This document shows positions 34,819-47,700 of a stretch of 64,000 bases of DNA, one piece after another. The position numbers were made by a program, and so were the translations under genes. Source of the stretch: Zygnema circumcarinatum SAG 698-1b (taxonomy: Eukaryota > Plantae > Zygnematophyceae); assembly GCA_037447605.1 (NCBI GenBank), contig CM074821.1, positions 1,302,001 through 1,366,000 on the forward strand. The letters run 5' to 3'. The stretch's first letter is position 1; each line of letters begins with the position of its first letter. Under the pieces are notes generated by a model. That model was given only the letters and a program-made list of their open reading frames with translations, was not told the origin of the DNA and ran no database searches.

Positions 34819-36075
34819 TAGGGATGGCCCGCGTTATAAATTCCGAATATATTATATAATTTACAACGGGTTTAAAATTAGTAATATATTACAAAGTAAA
34901 ACAGTTTATTACATATATTATACCCAGTCGTTTTGAACAATTAACGACCGTACGACCGTGCTCGTACGGTCGTACGGTCGTACCATACCAAAATTAGGTC
35001 GTTTTGGCGTTGGCGTTGCGAAATGCGTTCGTCTGGTTTTTTCTGTCTGCTCGTGCTCGGGCCGCATAATACCGTACAGTCGTACGACCGTACGACCGTA
35101 CATGTTGTAAAGGCGTTGTAAATTAATATATATCAGCAGGCCTCTTCAAATAGGGGAGATCCCCTAAATATCGTAAATAGCTTATTTATGTAAGATTTTG
35201 AGATTAGTTTACGTGATTTCAACTTAAATACCACACAAGCCCCAAAAAAACATTTTTTTGATTAAAAACAAAAAGGAAATGAATTGCATTTGCAACCACG
35301 ATAGCAATGATGTATATGAACTTTACTTGTTGGTATAACAACACGGCTTTAGAAACTGGTGCAACTTCTTCGACTCTTATAGATTGGTAAATTTTACCAA
35401 TCAATTAGAACAACTGTGCATTTAGCAATCACAACCTATAGTTGCTTATTCAAAAACTCAATTGCACGGAAACTTTGTAGATCCAATCCTAAGCTCTCTA
35501 TTTCCTTTTCCATCCATCATTAATTACTTCAAGTATCACTTTAGAATCCATCATAGTCTTGAAATTTCCTCACAAAAACTCTATTCCAAATCATAACCTC
35601 TGAAATTCTAGGTGTAGTCACAAAAGAAAAACTGAAATAGGAACTAAAATTAGAAATGAAATGAAAAATGGTGTCACTCCCTTAGGAGTTTTAGGCTGAA
35701 CAAGACAGCTATAGAAGTGATGCAAACTACTCAAAGAGACCCTCGAAGAGCGGTCAAACTATCAAATTGTTTGCAGTGAAGAATGCCTTCCAATGAAAAG
35801 TCTGTCAACCTCTTTCAAAACTCGTCTTTCTCCCATCCAATTACTGAAAAATCAGACTCGACGATAGCAGTGTTGGGAAATAATGAACGTCCGTACGTGC
35901 ACGGTTTCGTCCGTACAGTCCATATTTACGTGTTTTTACAAAACCAAGTTAGGGGACAGTCCCCTATCTTAAGCCGAAATCCCCTATTTGAAGAGGCCTG
36001 TATATCAGCCGTTATCTATTCGTCACAGTTGTATAATATAATATATAATATATAATCGTAACTAATCCATCCCTA
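34819..36075. mobile_element. Non-autonomous hAT element (outer), TIR TAGGGATGG, 8-bp TSD CTGCAGAG
   Basis: CTGCAGAG (34811-34818) | TAGGGATGG ... CCATCCCTA | CTGCAGAG (36076-36083). The TIR resembles the Ac/Ds-type (C/T)AGGGATG. Internal short repeats CGTACGACCGTAC occur in both orientations (34947-34983, 35080-35101). Confidence 0.88.
35137..36000. mobile_element. Non-autonomous hAT element (inner, nested), 21-bp TIR CAGGCCTCTTCAAATAGGGGA, 8-bp TSD TATATCAG
   Basis: TATATCAG (35129-35136) | CAGGCCTCTTCAAATAGGGGA ... TCCCCTATTTGAAGAGGCCTG | TATATCAG (36001-36008). Perfect TIR and TSD; AT-rich interior with no transposase motif seen. Confidence 0.92.
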
Positions 36076-36605
36076 CTGCAGAGGCATTCCACTCCCTCCC
36101 CTGTACGGTAAGCGAGGGGCAACACGCTTGCTAGGGAGAGGCTGAATATCGGAGACATCCCGATTTGGTCCATATCGAGGCAAGCCGATAGGAAAAATAT
36201 CGTAACCAATACGATATCGAAGCATACGCGATACAGATAATATCGAGATACATACGATATACTTAACGACAATATTGGCTTTATTACGATATGAAAATAT
36301 CGGAATATGATACGAATCGGCGTTGCCTCGATTTTGAGTCGTATCATGTCTCGTAGTGTTCCGTACTATACACCATTGCAAATAAGCAAATCTTCAGAAT
36401 AAAGATCGGTCAAGCAGTAAATAAAAGGAGACATACACCCACTCACCAAATGAAAAAAAAAATCATATTCATACTTAAAGGCACCACCTTCCCTCCCCCA
36501 ATACAAAATGTTCCCTCCCTCCCTCCCTCCCTCCCTCTCCTCTCGCCCTCGCTCTCTTTCTCTTTCTCTCTCTCTTTCTCTTTCTCTCTCTCTCTCTCTC
36601 CCACA

Positions 36606-36663
<58 letters not shown>

Positions 36664-36667
<4 letters not shown>

Positions 36668-38853
36668 GCCGCCTCCTCCCACCTCTCCAACACCTCCAGC
36701 GCGCTCGGAGTCATCGAAGTCAGTCGGAACTTTGACGCTCTCTCGTCCTCTCCGCTCCGAGGCTCGCCCCTCCAACGCTCAGAGGACTTTTTAGAGCTGC
36801 CCGGAAAAAAACTTGAGGCCTCTTCCTTGGCATTTTCTATTAGGGCGCGCGAGCCAGGCCCCAAATCAAGCCCAAAATTTTCCGCCCTCTGCGCTAAACT
36901 CAACACATTTTCAAACATTCGGTGCATGGAACACCTCCTAATCAGAACTCCGTACAGTCCCACATCCCCAATGCTTCCCTCGCTCTCCGTTATCTCTAAC
37001 AGTTCTATGCCCTTTGTTACGTCTAACGGATCCCCCGTTGAAGCGAGCGCTTTGATCAAGTCAAAGTAAACTCCAAAATTGGGACGGAGACCGTCTTTGC
37101 GCATTCTGGTCAACACTTCTTCTGCCACGTCAGCTTTGACCGCTGCTTTTGCGGAACAAATGGCGTAGCGCCACGTGTCACAGTTGACTTCTCCAATCAC
37201 CCGTTCGCCATCTGGAAGATGCGCAAAGACAGGGTTCGTTCTACGGTCCGTTGAACTGAAGCCCGGAACGGAGTCACATGTGTCGCCCTCAACGGCCGTT
37301 TCACGGGAACTGTGACTCTGTAACGGAACACATGTAACCGTAGAACTGGAACGGTCCTCAGTTCTCCGTTCGAATCTTCCCCCACTCATATTCTCAATAC
37401 CTCCTTTTTCCTTCTCTCCCATTGGTCGAAGACCGCCACGACTATTCGAAAATTCCGAATTTTCGGGCAAAGAATTGCGATCTCTCACCGTTTCCGTTAC
37501 CCACAATGGTCCCAACACTGTTTCAGTTACCGTTTCCGTTCCCTTGCTGCTGCTTTGAACTGAATCAGTTCCCTCCTGAACCCTTCTTTGGTGTTCCGAA
37601 AGAGAGGAGGGGGGAGACCTCTCCCCCATTGGCCGCTCTCCACCTCTCAAAAAGAGAGTTTCTATTTGTCTCGCAAAGTCGGCCTACACCCCACACCACC
37701 CCTCAGTACTATAAAAAATGAAAATCTTAAAACTCCCACAAACCCACTAGAAGAAAAAAAAAAATCTAACATTCAATTAAAAAAGAAGAAAAAAAAAAAA
37801 AAAAAAAAACCTTGATTCCTTTAATACCTTGCCAGCTTCATTTGCAACCTGTACGATCCATCCATGGCGGCTCCTCTCCACTCTCCACCCCCCCCGTTCC
37901 ATGTCCTCAGTTACAGTTTTGGCCTCCTCCCATTTTCCACATAGAACGGAGGCCCCCAAAATTCCGTCATAAGTGTACCGGTCCGCCGACAGCCGCTCCT
38001 CTCCTCTAAAAATTTCATTCATTTCAATTCTGCCCCTTTTGACCCCCTGGTAAAGCGAATATGCGCGCTCGAAAAAACCCATTTTAGCATAAATTCGAAT
38101 CATTAAATTGACTGTCCCTATGTTTGGCGAGCAATTTTCTTTCATGTAAGAAAAAATTTCGTCCGCTTCTGCAAAGTGGCCCGCTTCTGAGCAGGCTCGG
38201 ATAAGGCCTGTATATGTGATGACGTCACGCTCTGCTCCTTCAAGTTCTCTAATTTTCTGAACCTGCGGAAAATATAATATAAAGAGCGAGAGAGAAAAGA
38301 AAAAAAAGGGGGGGGGGAGGGAGGGAGGGAATGTCAGCAAATGGTTCTTTGAAATCTGCTTTTGTTTCAGAATTACAAAAGCCTATTTTTCCTTTTTTTT
38401 GCTTTTACGGTTTGTCGTAAGTTTGTTTTGACTTGTTCTCACTTGACTCGGACGGGTTTTAGGGTTTTAGAGTTTTAGGGTTTTTGGGGAGCTTTAGGGT
38501 TCAGGTTTAGGGTTTGTGACTTTACGAAGTGGAGGATCCTACCAGGCCAATGGCGTCGCGCCACCTGGCAGCGCGGCAGAGGCAGCGCGCCAACGCATAG
38601 TGTACGGCGGCCCCTCCGAGGACGCCTCTCTGCTCCATCTCCTCAAGGAGGGAGAGACCCTCCTCCGCACTGGCCACTCCCATAAGGGCTGGGGGAGAGA
38701 GAGAGAGAGAGGGGGGGGGGGGGGGGNNNNNNNNNNGAGAGAGGGGAGGAAGACAGGAAGAGGGGAGGGAGAGAGAGAGGGGGGGGAGAGAAAGAGAGGA
38801 GGGAGAGAGGGGAACGGGTGGGAGTTGGAAGAGAGAGAGAGAGAGAGAGGAGG

Positions 38854-38907
<54 letters not shown>

Positions 38908-41900
38908 TCGGAGAGATGGAGGGGAGGGAGAGAGCGGAGGGGGGTAGAAGGGGGGCGAGAGGAAGGGGGGAAGTGGGTGGAGAGAGAGAGGCGGAAGAGA
39001 GAGGGGAAGAGACGGGAAGGGAGGGAGAGGGGAGAGAGACAAGGCGAGGAGAGAAGAAGGGGGGAGAAAGGGAAAGGAGGAAACAAGAGGAAGAGATGAG
39101 AATCGGTTAGTTCAAGGTCAAGAAGGAAAAAAAAAAGAAAAAAAAAGGCAAAGGGAATATGGAAGAGGAGAAACAAAGGAGAGGAAACCGAAGCGAGAAA
39201 TGTAGGCGTGGAAAGGAGAGAGAGAGAGGGAGAGAGAGAGAGAGAGGGGGAGGGAGAGTAAGGGAGGAGAGAGAGCCACCTTTGTAGGTTCTGGCGTTGG
39301 GGAAGTGCCCGTCCGCCTCCATGGCTTCCCGGAGCTTCAAAACATCCTCCCTCCTCCCGCAGCTCGCCATCACCTGCAAAGGGAAAAAGGGAAAAAGGAA
39401 AAAGAGAAAGAAAGAATCCAGCAAACAAATATTTACAGAAACTCTAAAAAGACCCAAAATGTAGCAGAGTACTTTTTCCTGGAAAACTGCCGGCCATCCT
39501 CCTCGTACATGCATGTATGCCTTGTTAGAGACAAATGTGCAGAGAAAAATATAGTGTAAATTCAAAGAGGGAATGCAAATATTTTGATTTTACTGCCCTA
39601 TTGTGACTTAGGGATTTACGGTGTTCAAGTTTTCCTCTTAAGAATTTCCAGATTTTTGAACTTTCCTCCACTTTTTCTTCTTCTAGACTTTTGGCGGCTT
39701 TTGAAATTCTGAGACTCGCGAGAATTTGAAAAATAAGGGTTTTAAAAAAAAGGGTTTTCCGGTTTCCGAAACGAGTACCTCAATAGCCAGGCCATATGTC
39801 GCCGCATTCGGACGGATTCCGTCCCGTTCCAAGTTTTGGAGAGTCCATAGAACTCCCCTCCACTGCCGGAGGGGGACACATGCATTCAGTATCTGAAATC
39901 CGTACAACAGAAAACGCAACGGGAGAAGAACAAAACATAGAAACGAGATTAGATTCGAAAGAAGGGAAAGAACATAGCTCTGAAAAAAGGGTACAAAATG
40001 TTCGGAAAGGTAAGGCTTTGATTCAAGCCTTTGATGAGAGTTTGTATGTCTGCACTGACCGAGTTATAGATTCCGACATCCGGAAGGAGTACACCGCTCC
40101 AATCTTTGATTCTCAGCTCCTTGTACTGCTTCTTATCTGGACCCGCCCTCAGGAGAGCAACCATCTGCAGAAGCACGGCACTTGTTAGGAGATGTTAGAC
40201 CCTCATTTGCCTCTGAATCCTGTGCCGGTCAGGGGTAAGATTTGAATAGGGTTGGGTTACAATTGGGATTCGATAAGGGTTAGGAATGGATCGAGTTAGG
40301 GTTAGAGTTAAGGTTAGGGTTAGGGAATAGGGTTAAGGTATAGGGTTAGGGTTAGGGTTAGGATTAGGCTTAGGTTTAAGAAGAGTTAGGATTAGGGTTA
40401 GGGTTAAGGTTAGGGTTAGAGTTAGGGTTAGAGTTAGGATTAGGGTTAGAAATAGAGTTAGGGTTAGGGTTAGAATAGAGTTGGGGTTAGGGTTAGAATT
40501 AGGGTAAGGTTAGGGTTAGAGTAAGGGTTAGGGTTAGGGCTAGAGTTAAAGTTAGGGTTAGGGTTAGGCTTAGGATTAGGATAAGGGTTAAAGTTAGGGT
40601 TAGGGTCATGGGTAGGGTTATGATTAGGGTTCGAGTTAGGGTAAGGGTAGAGTTACGCTTAGAATCAGGGATTAGAGTAAAGGTTGAAGTTAGGGTTAAA
40701 GTTAGGGTTAAAGTTAGGGTAAGGGTTAAGGTTAGGGTCAGACTTAGGCCCAAATTAGGGTTGACTTAGGCCCAAATTAGGGTTTACTTAGAGTTGGAGT
40801 TAAGACTGGACAATGGCGAGGGTTATGGTTGCGATTGCGATTATACTTAAGTTAGGGTGGTTCGGATTAGAACTAAAATAAAGCCAGGGTTAGCATCCAC
40901 ATGGAGAAATCTTGCGTACGGTTCGGTTAGAGTTAAATTAGCACAGAAAATTAGCACATTCTGAAGTTGTTAAAGAAAAAAAAGGCGAAATAAAAAGGAA
41001 AAAAAATACCTCTAGAAGCTCCTGCAGCCGCCCTGCCCTCCCCAGTACGACTGCTGCTGCTTTATAGGCCACAGAATCAGGCCACGTGTCCGGCCGCTCC
41101 TGCAGGGAAATGCAAGTAAAAATAAATAAGAAAAAAATGAAAAAAAGGGAAAACTAAAACTGAATTAAAGTACATTGTTTGCATGACTGCGACATTTTTG
41201 TGTAGGTGAAAATTGAGAAGAAAAAAATTGGCATGTGGATGGGGCATGGGGGCGAATCTACCATCATGGCTTTCACAACATTCAGAACCTCCGCGGGTCT
41301 CTCTTTGCCAAGTGTCGCGATGAGAGTGGTGTACACGTGTCTGCCATGCAATGGCATGCAATGGGAGTAACATACCCAATAAGTTGAAAATAAATAAAGA
41401 AAAAAACAAAAAGAATCACAAAAAAATGACTTAGTTTAACTGCGCACTCTCCTTGAGCTCAGCGCTGACATCATCGTCGAATTACATGACGCTATATGTT
41501 CTGCAATGAGCCAATTTCCGTTCAACGGTAGACTCAACCAAAGACCGCATAGAAACATCACAATAGCACAACCGCTTTCAAATATTGTTGTGAAGTTTGT
41601 GGATAAGCTGCTGCCACCTGTCAGCGCGCGGTTGGTCCCCGGTGCGCTGAGTCAGCCACTGGACCACATCGACGGCGCGGCGCCACTTCCCGGACTCTCC
41701 CAGCATTTGGACGAGCCGGATTGCGCGGTACCGATTCAGACGCAGCTTGGCGCTTCGCATGAGGAGGGAGAGCTGGTGGAGAGAGAGAGAGCGAGGCGCG
41801 GCAGAGAGCCTGCAGGGCCTTATTCCGAGCTTAGGGGGAGGGAGAGGGAGAGGGAGAGGGAGAGGGAGAGGGAGACGGAAGAGAGGGAGAGAAATGGTGG

Positions 41901-42819
41901 GGGAGGAAGTGAGGGACAGGGAGACTGGAGGGGGGGAGAGGGAGAGGGAGAGGGAGAGGGAGAGGGAGAGGGACCAAGTGCAGGCAGGGAGAGAAAGGCT
42001 AAAGGGAGGAGCGGGAACAAGAGAGAGAGGGATAGAGGAGGGAGAGAGGAAGAGAGGGAGAGGCTCCGGTTTGAGGAATTCACCTGCAAGGCCACGGCTC
42101 ATGTATAAGTCTCACATACACAGAGAGCCTCCCTCCTGCATGAGAGGTGAAAACAGATGGAATGAATTCAAGAAGTAAATCGAGCGACTGATTTTATGAA
42201 TAGTTCATTGATCGGTGGACCCGTCGATGCTGTAATGTTAAACAGTGTGTTGAACCTATCAACCAACGTACTTTTGGGATCCACCGCCATGTTTATGCGT
42301 TGGATCTAGCAATGGATTCAAGGGAGAACATCGTTAGGTTCAATGTATGTACTCATTTCAGCACACAGTTGAACTCAGCGCTCCATGGAATCCATCGGTG
42401 GATCCTCGTCTCTAAATTTATCAATACGTCCCACGACAGCATTCGGAGCTAACGAATTGTTAAAAAAGCTAAAAACATAAAATTGCAATTTCATCTAATT
42501 AAAGAACTTTCCGATTCGAAAATACAGTGGGCCATAAAAAAAAACCCAAGCTAGCGAAACCCATGAAAAACCCAGAACCTAAACCTCCAAAAAACGCTAA
42601 AACTCCGAACCAAAGGCCGAAAAATCCCCTAAACCACAAAAACCAGTCAACCCACAAACCCAAAACCCCCGAAACCCAACGGCCCTCAAAAAGATAAACC
42701 CTAACCCTTATCCTAACCTAACCCTAACCGCCACCCTAACCCTAACCCTAACTATAACCCTAACCCTAACCCTGACAGCTCCCTAAACCCTAGCCCTAGC
42801 CCTAGCCCGAATCCTAATC

Positions 42820-42873
<54 letters not shown>

Positions 42874-43572
42874 ACCCTAACCTTAACCCTAGCCCTAAAT
42901 CCTAAACCCTAACCCGAACCCCAACCCTAACCCTAACCCTAAACCCTAAACCCAAAACCCAAAACCCTAACCCCCTGACGCCCCTCACTTCTCTGCGAGG
43001 CGAGTCAAGCGCCGCTCCTCCGTCTCCCTGCTCGCCGTCTCCAGCGCGCCCGTCCTCAGCCAATCCGAGGCCCACCCCTCTCCCACAAGCTTGCCCGCCC
43101 ACCCGCTCTCCTCTCTATCCTCCTCTCTCTCCCACCTCTCTCGCTCTCTCTCCCTCTCTACTCTCACCCCTCCCTCTCCCACTCCCTTTCCCTCCCGCCC
43201 CACTCCCCTTTCTCTCTCCCCTCCCCTCCGCCACCCCCTCCCCGCTCCTTCTGCAAGCCCTGCTTTCCGCCGTCCCATAACCCTAAACCCTCCTCCCTCT
43301 CCGGCTCCATGCCCATTCCCAGTGGTCCGCTTAAGGCTGGGCGGCCGCTCTGAACCCTCGCCCCCCAGCGCAAGAACCTTAAACCCTTCCTCTCCTGCCC
43401 GCCCCCATAAACCCTTCTGGCGTTGGTTTTCTGCAAGGTTGAAGACTCCTTGCCGGGTCAACCCAAGCCTGCTCCGTGCATGCATGTCAGTTTCACGGAA
43501 TCCGTTGACAGTTTGCGGAATTTTACGGACAACATGGCACGCGCCATGGCTTAGCACGTGCGGACTCGCCAT
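36664..43572 (-). CDS. P-class pentatricopeptide repeat protein, DG1 (At5g67570) / EMB2279-SOT5 (At1g30610)-like, probably plastid
   Basis: Exons include ~43572-42988 (start uncertain; ..ETEERRLTRLAE), ~41810-41620 (RLSAAPRSL..LVQMLGESGKWRRAVDVVQWL), ~41340-41260 (HVYTTLIATLGKERPAEVLNVVKAM), ~41100-41014 (PDSVAYKAAAVVLGRAGRLQELLE), ~40165-40062 (RAGPDKK..KDWSGVLLPDVGIYNS), ~39893-39780 (ILNACVPLRQWRGVLW..GIRPNAATYGLAIE), ~39373-39282 (VMASCG..FPNARTYK), ~38688-38543 (EMEQRGVLGGAAVHYALARCLC..RWRDA), ~38262-37812 (VITYTGLI..CSPNIGTVNLMIRIY..ANEAGK) and a terminal exon to 36664. The motif order matches recalled DG1-family sequences. Confidence 0.85.
40285..40795. repeat. Degenerate (TTAGGG)n array in a PPR intron
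   Basis: About 500 bp dominated by 6-mer GGGTTA/AGGGTT variants. Confidence 0.9.
42700..42980. repeat. Degenerate (CCCTAA/CCCTAAA)n array in PPR intron 1
   Basis: Repeated ccctaa/ccctaaa/ccctag. Confidence 0.88.
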
Positions 43573-43699
43573 GGGTGGCCGCAGGGTTCAGGGCGGAGCT
43601 GAACGTCAAAAGGAAGGTCAACTGGGGTGGGAACCTTGGGTGCCTTCAGGGAATTAGGGTTCGGTATTTTTGTACGGGCACGGTACGGTATCAGGAATA

Positions 43700-44100
43700 C
43701 TGTACAGTAAGGAGCAGAGATATACTGTACCGTACAGGTCGGACCAGTGGATCAACCCATGACATGGTCGCCAACCATAGATTTGGGACCAAGCCAACGA
43801 TTGGCAATGGTCCCAAACATTGGACTCAACGATGGCCAACCATTGCACAGGTCGTGCGATTGGATCAACCACTGCAATGGCTGCGAACCATTGGATCGTG
43901 TGCCAACGACTCATTGCCAATGGTTGCGAAGCACAGGATCACGGGCCAGCCATTGGCAATTGTTGCGAACCATTGGGCCACCCATTGCCGATGGTTGCGA
44001 ACCATTGAATGACAATGGTTGCCAGCAATTGGATCGTCCAACCATGTTCCATTGCCATTGAATGGTGCTCCAATGGTTGCCGATCCACTGGTCCGGTTAC
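43700..44100. repeat. CCATTGG/CCAATGG motif-array element (copy 1) in the divergent PPR/GT14 intergenic region
   Basis: Starts ..gtacaggtcggaccagtggatcaacc and continues with many accattgg/caatggtt motifs in both orientations. Confidence 0.7.
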
Positions 44101-44725
44101 CGTAGTGTTCAAGGTTCAACTGGAAAGCTTGAACTTCCCAAAAAAATTGTTCAATTTCTCAACCCGTTCGGTACTGCGGCAATCAACTAGATAATGGCTA
44201 CTATAAAGTCTACGAAAGTCACCGCACGTGCCGCACCGACTACAATATCCACGAGGCCTAAGTGTCCGGACATCGAGCTCTGACGGCAGAATTTCCCAAC
44301 ATCTTTTCAATATTCAATACACCGCCAACTCTCCTTGCAGCCAGATCGCCGAGGGCTCTGCGCGTCGACCGGTACTCGTTTCGTACAAGCAGTAAGTGTC
44401 CTTGCCGGCATCTCTGACAAGCGACAACAGGGAGGCCGCCTCCGTCCGTACAGTTTGCGAGCCACGGCCAGATGTGCCTGCGGGGCGGGTGCGACGAGGG
44501 GTCAGAGCTCCACTAGGAGCGCCGCCTACACTCCCCTCCCTCTCTCCCTCCCTCGCGCTCCCTCCCTCCCTCCCTCCCTCGCGCTCCCCTGCTCCCTCGC
44601 GCTCCCTCCCTCCCTCGCGCTCCTTCCCTCCCTCCCTCCCTCGCGCTCCCTCCCTCCCTCCCTCCCTCCCTCCCTATCCCTCTCCCTCCCTCCCTCCCTC
44701 CCTCCCGTGAAATTGCGAGTCCGTT

Positions 44726-47700
44726 ATGACCGAAGCCGTGGTAGCTGGAGCGCACGATGCATCCAATTCCCCCGCCTTGCCGACGGAGGAAGGAGGAGAT
44801 GAAATCGAGAGCGATAACGAGAGCGAGAGCGAGATCGGTGATTTGTCTGCGGCGATTTTAAGAATATGGGACCATCGGTGGGTGCTGGCGCTATCTGGCG
44901 CAACGCTGGCGGTGACATTGCTGCTATTCATCGCCGAGTACGTCATGGAAGAGAGGAAGGAGGGGGCGGCGGCGGAGGTCTGGCAGCAGCTGGAGGGGGG
45001 ACTGTTAGGCAAAGCCGATAGGCAGCTGCCCGTCTTCGCCTTTCTCATCACAGGTGGGGTGAGGGTGGAGGGAGAAGAGGGAAAGGGAGGGAAGAGAAAG
45101 ATATGAAATGCGAGAATAGGGCGAAACGTGTCGAAAGTTAGGGGCATTGCAAAAAGGGGCAGTGGTTGGGTAGATGGGTGGAAGAGAGGGAGGGGAGAGA
45201 AAGGGAGGAAAGGAGAGGGAGGGAGAGGAAGGGGGAGGGAGGGTGAGGAAGGGGAGGATGGGGAGGCAGGGAGAGGGAGCCCGGGGGGGGGGGGGGGTGA
45301 GGGAAGGGGATGGAAGTCGAGGAAGGGGGGAGGGAATGGGATGGAGCGAGGTAGGGAGAAGATAGAGGACGGGAAGGAGCGAGACGAGGGACAGGGGGAG
45401 GGAGGGAGAGGGTGAGGGAGAAGGTCCGAGCCCCCCCAACGCGCTCTCACACCCCCCCCCCCTGCAGGCAGAAGCGGGCAGGTGGGGAGCATGCGGCGGC
45501 TGCTGTACGCCGTGTACCACCCACGCAACGAGTACCTCCTCCACTTTGACGGCGCGGCGTCCCCGGGTGCGCACGCGGCGGTGGCGCAGTTCGTGCGGGA
45601 CGAGCGCGCGTTCGCGGAGGCGGGGAACGTGCGCGTCGTGACGCGGCCCAACGCGGTGACGTACAAGGGCGCGTCGATGACGACCACGACCCTGCACGGC
45701 CTCGCGCTGCTCCTGCGGCAGCGACCGGACTGGGACTGGTTCCTCAACCTCAGCGCTAACGACTACCCGCTCGTCACGCCCGACGGTAGCCGCCCGCGAC
45801 CCGCATTGTGTGTGGCCCCGCTTAGGATGGCGGTTTGTTCTCTGCTTCTTTCTCTCTCTCTCTCTCTTTTTCTCTCTCTTTTTCTTTCTCTCTCTCTCCT
45901 CTCTCCTCTCTCCTCTCTCCTCTTTCCTCTCTCCTCTCTCCTCTCTCCTCTCTCTTTCCTCTCTCTCCTCTCTCCCTCCGCTCTCCTCTCTCCTCCCTCC
46001 TCTCTCCTCTCTCCTCTCTCCTCTCTCCCTCCTCTCTCCTCTCTCTCCTCTCTCCTCTCCTCTCTCCTCTCTCCTCTCTCCTCTCTCCTCTCTCCTCTCT
46101 CTCTCCTCTCTCCTCTCTCCTCTCTCCTCTCTCCTCTCCTCTCTCCTCTCTCCTCTCTCCTCTCTCCTCTCTCCTCTCCTGTCTCCTCTCTCCTCTCTCC
46201 TCTCCTCTCTCCTCTCTCCTCTTTCCTCTCTCCTCTCTCGTCTCTCTTTCCACTCTCTCCTCTCTCCCTCCTCTCTCCTCTCTCCTCTCTCCTTTCCTCT
46301 CTCCTCTCTACTCTCTCCTCTCCTCTTTGTCTCTCTCTCTCTCGCGCGCGCGCGCTTTCTCCCTCTCCCTTTGCCCGCTCCCTCTCGTCCTCTCTCTCTC
46401 TCATTCTCGCCCGCTCTTTCGCATTCCCACATTCGCGTCCGTGCCAAATTGTGATACGCAGACTTGTTGCACGTCTTTTCCTCTCTCCCGCGGCATCTCA
46501 ACTTCGTGCAGCACAGCGTCGACCAAATGGAGCTGATGTGCGCCTCTCTCCCCTCTCCCTCCTCCTCGAAACCTTTCAGTCTCCGCCTCTCTTTCTCTCT
46601 CGGCTGCATTGCCAGGCTCTCGGAACACAGACTAGATTTGAGCTGCACTTTCCCTAGAAAGTTGAAACTTTCCTAGGATAAGTGACAAAGAAAATAACAA
46701 AAAATGACTCCCGTGCGAAGCTGCTGCTCTCATACAAGCCTTCCGTGGGATGGCGGAGCTTCTTCACCTGCAGGCAAATCCGGACGCAGCGTTTGGCTTT
46801 GGATTCGCAATTTTCCAGCGGGGCGAAGAAACTTGTCCGTGTGCCGTACAACCGATCCACGCCCACTTCCTTCAGATTTTTTAAAGGTCACTCTCTTACA
46901 AAAGTTCCTTCCAAGCTCCTTAATCTATGCTTCAGGATTCAGACAAAAAAAACGTTACTTTCTTGCTAGCCACCCACCGTGCCAAAACCCTAATTTTGGC
47001 TGCCCAGCCCGCGCATGCAGGCTCGGCGTGGGTGGTTCTGAGCCGCGCCTTTTCGGAGTACACGATCTTCGGATACGACAACCTCCCGCGCACCCTCCTG
47101 CTGTACCTCGCGAACAGCGTGAGCTCGCCGGAGCACTACTTCCAGACGCTGCTCTGCAACTCGCGGGACTTCAACGCGTCGGCGGTCAACTCCGACCTGC
47201 GCTACATCAAGTGGGAGGGCGGCCAGGCCAGTCGGCGGCTGGTCCTCGTGGTTTCTCGTATGGGCTTGCATGGTTCTCATGAGTGTTCAAGTTCTTGTGG
47301 GCATTTGTTTTGGGGGCTCCAAGGCTTGAAGGAGGTTGATTTGAGATTTTTTTTTTTTTTTTTTTTTTTTTATTTCCTGACGGGATCGTGCTCTTGCAGC
47401 ATCCTGTCTCGCTCCTCACCGCGCATTTCCCACTATTTGTGAATAATGGAGGCGCTTTTGCGAGGAAATTTGCAAAAGGCTCAGGCAATGTTTTGAAGAA
47501 GATTGACGAGTGAGTCATCTTCTAAAGCCAAGGATCTGTCTGTCCATTCGATGCAGCACTTTGACCAAACGAAGTGACTAATGAACGAACGAACTGGTGA
47601 CTAATCGCCTTGAAAAAGCGATCGTCTTATAGTCAACCCATGCGAACCAAACCAACCGATCGATGTTGTTGATCTCTTGCGTGCAGGGAGCTCTTGCATC

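Noticed and set aside
45005-46648. 547-aa minus-strand ORF
   Set aside because: Antisense to GT14 exons plus (GAGAG)n intron repeats; no independent protein signal.
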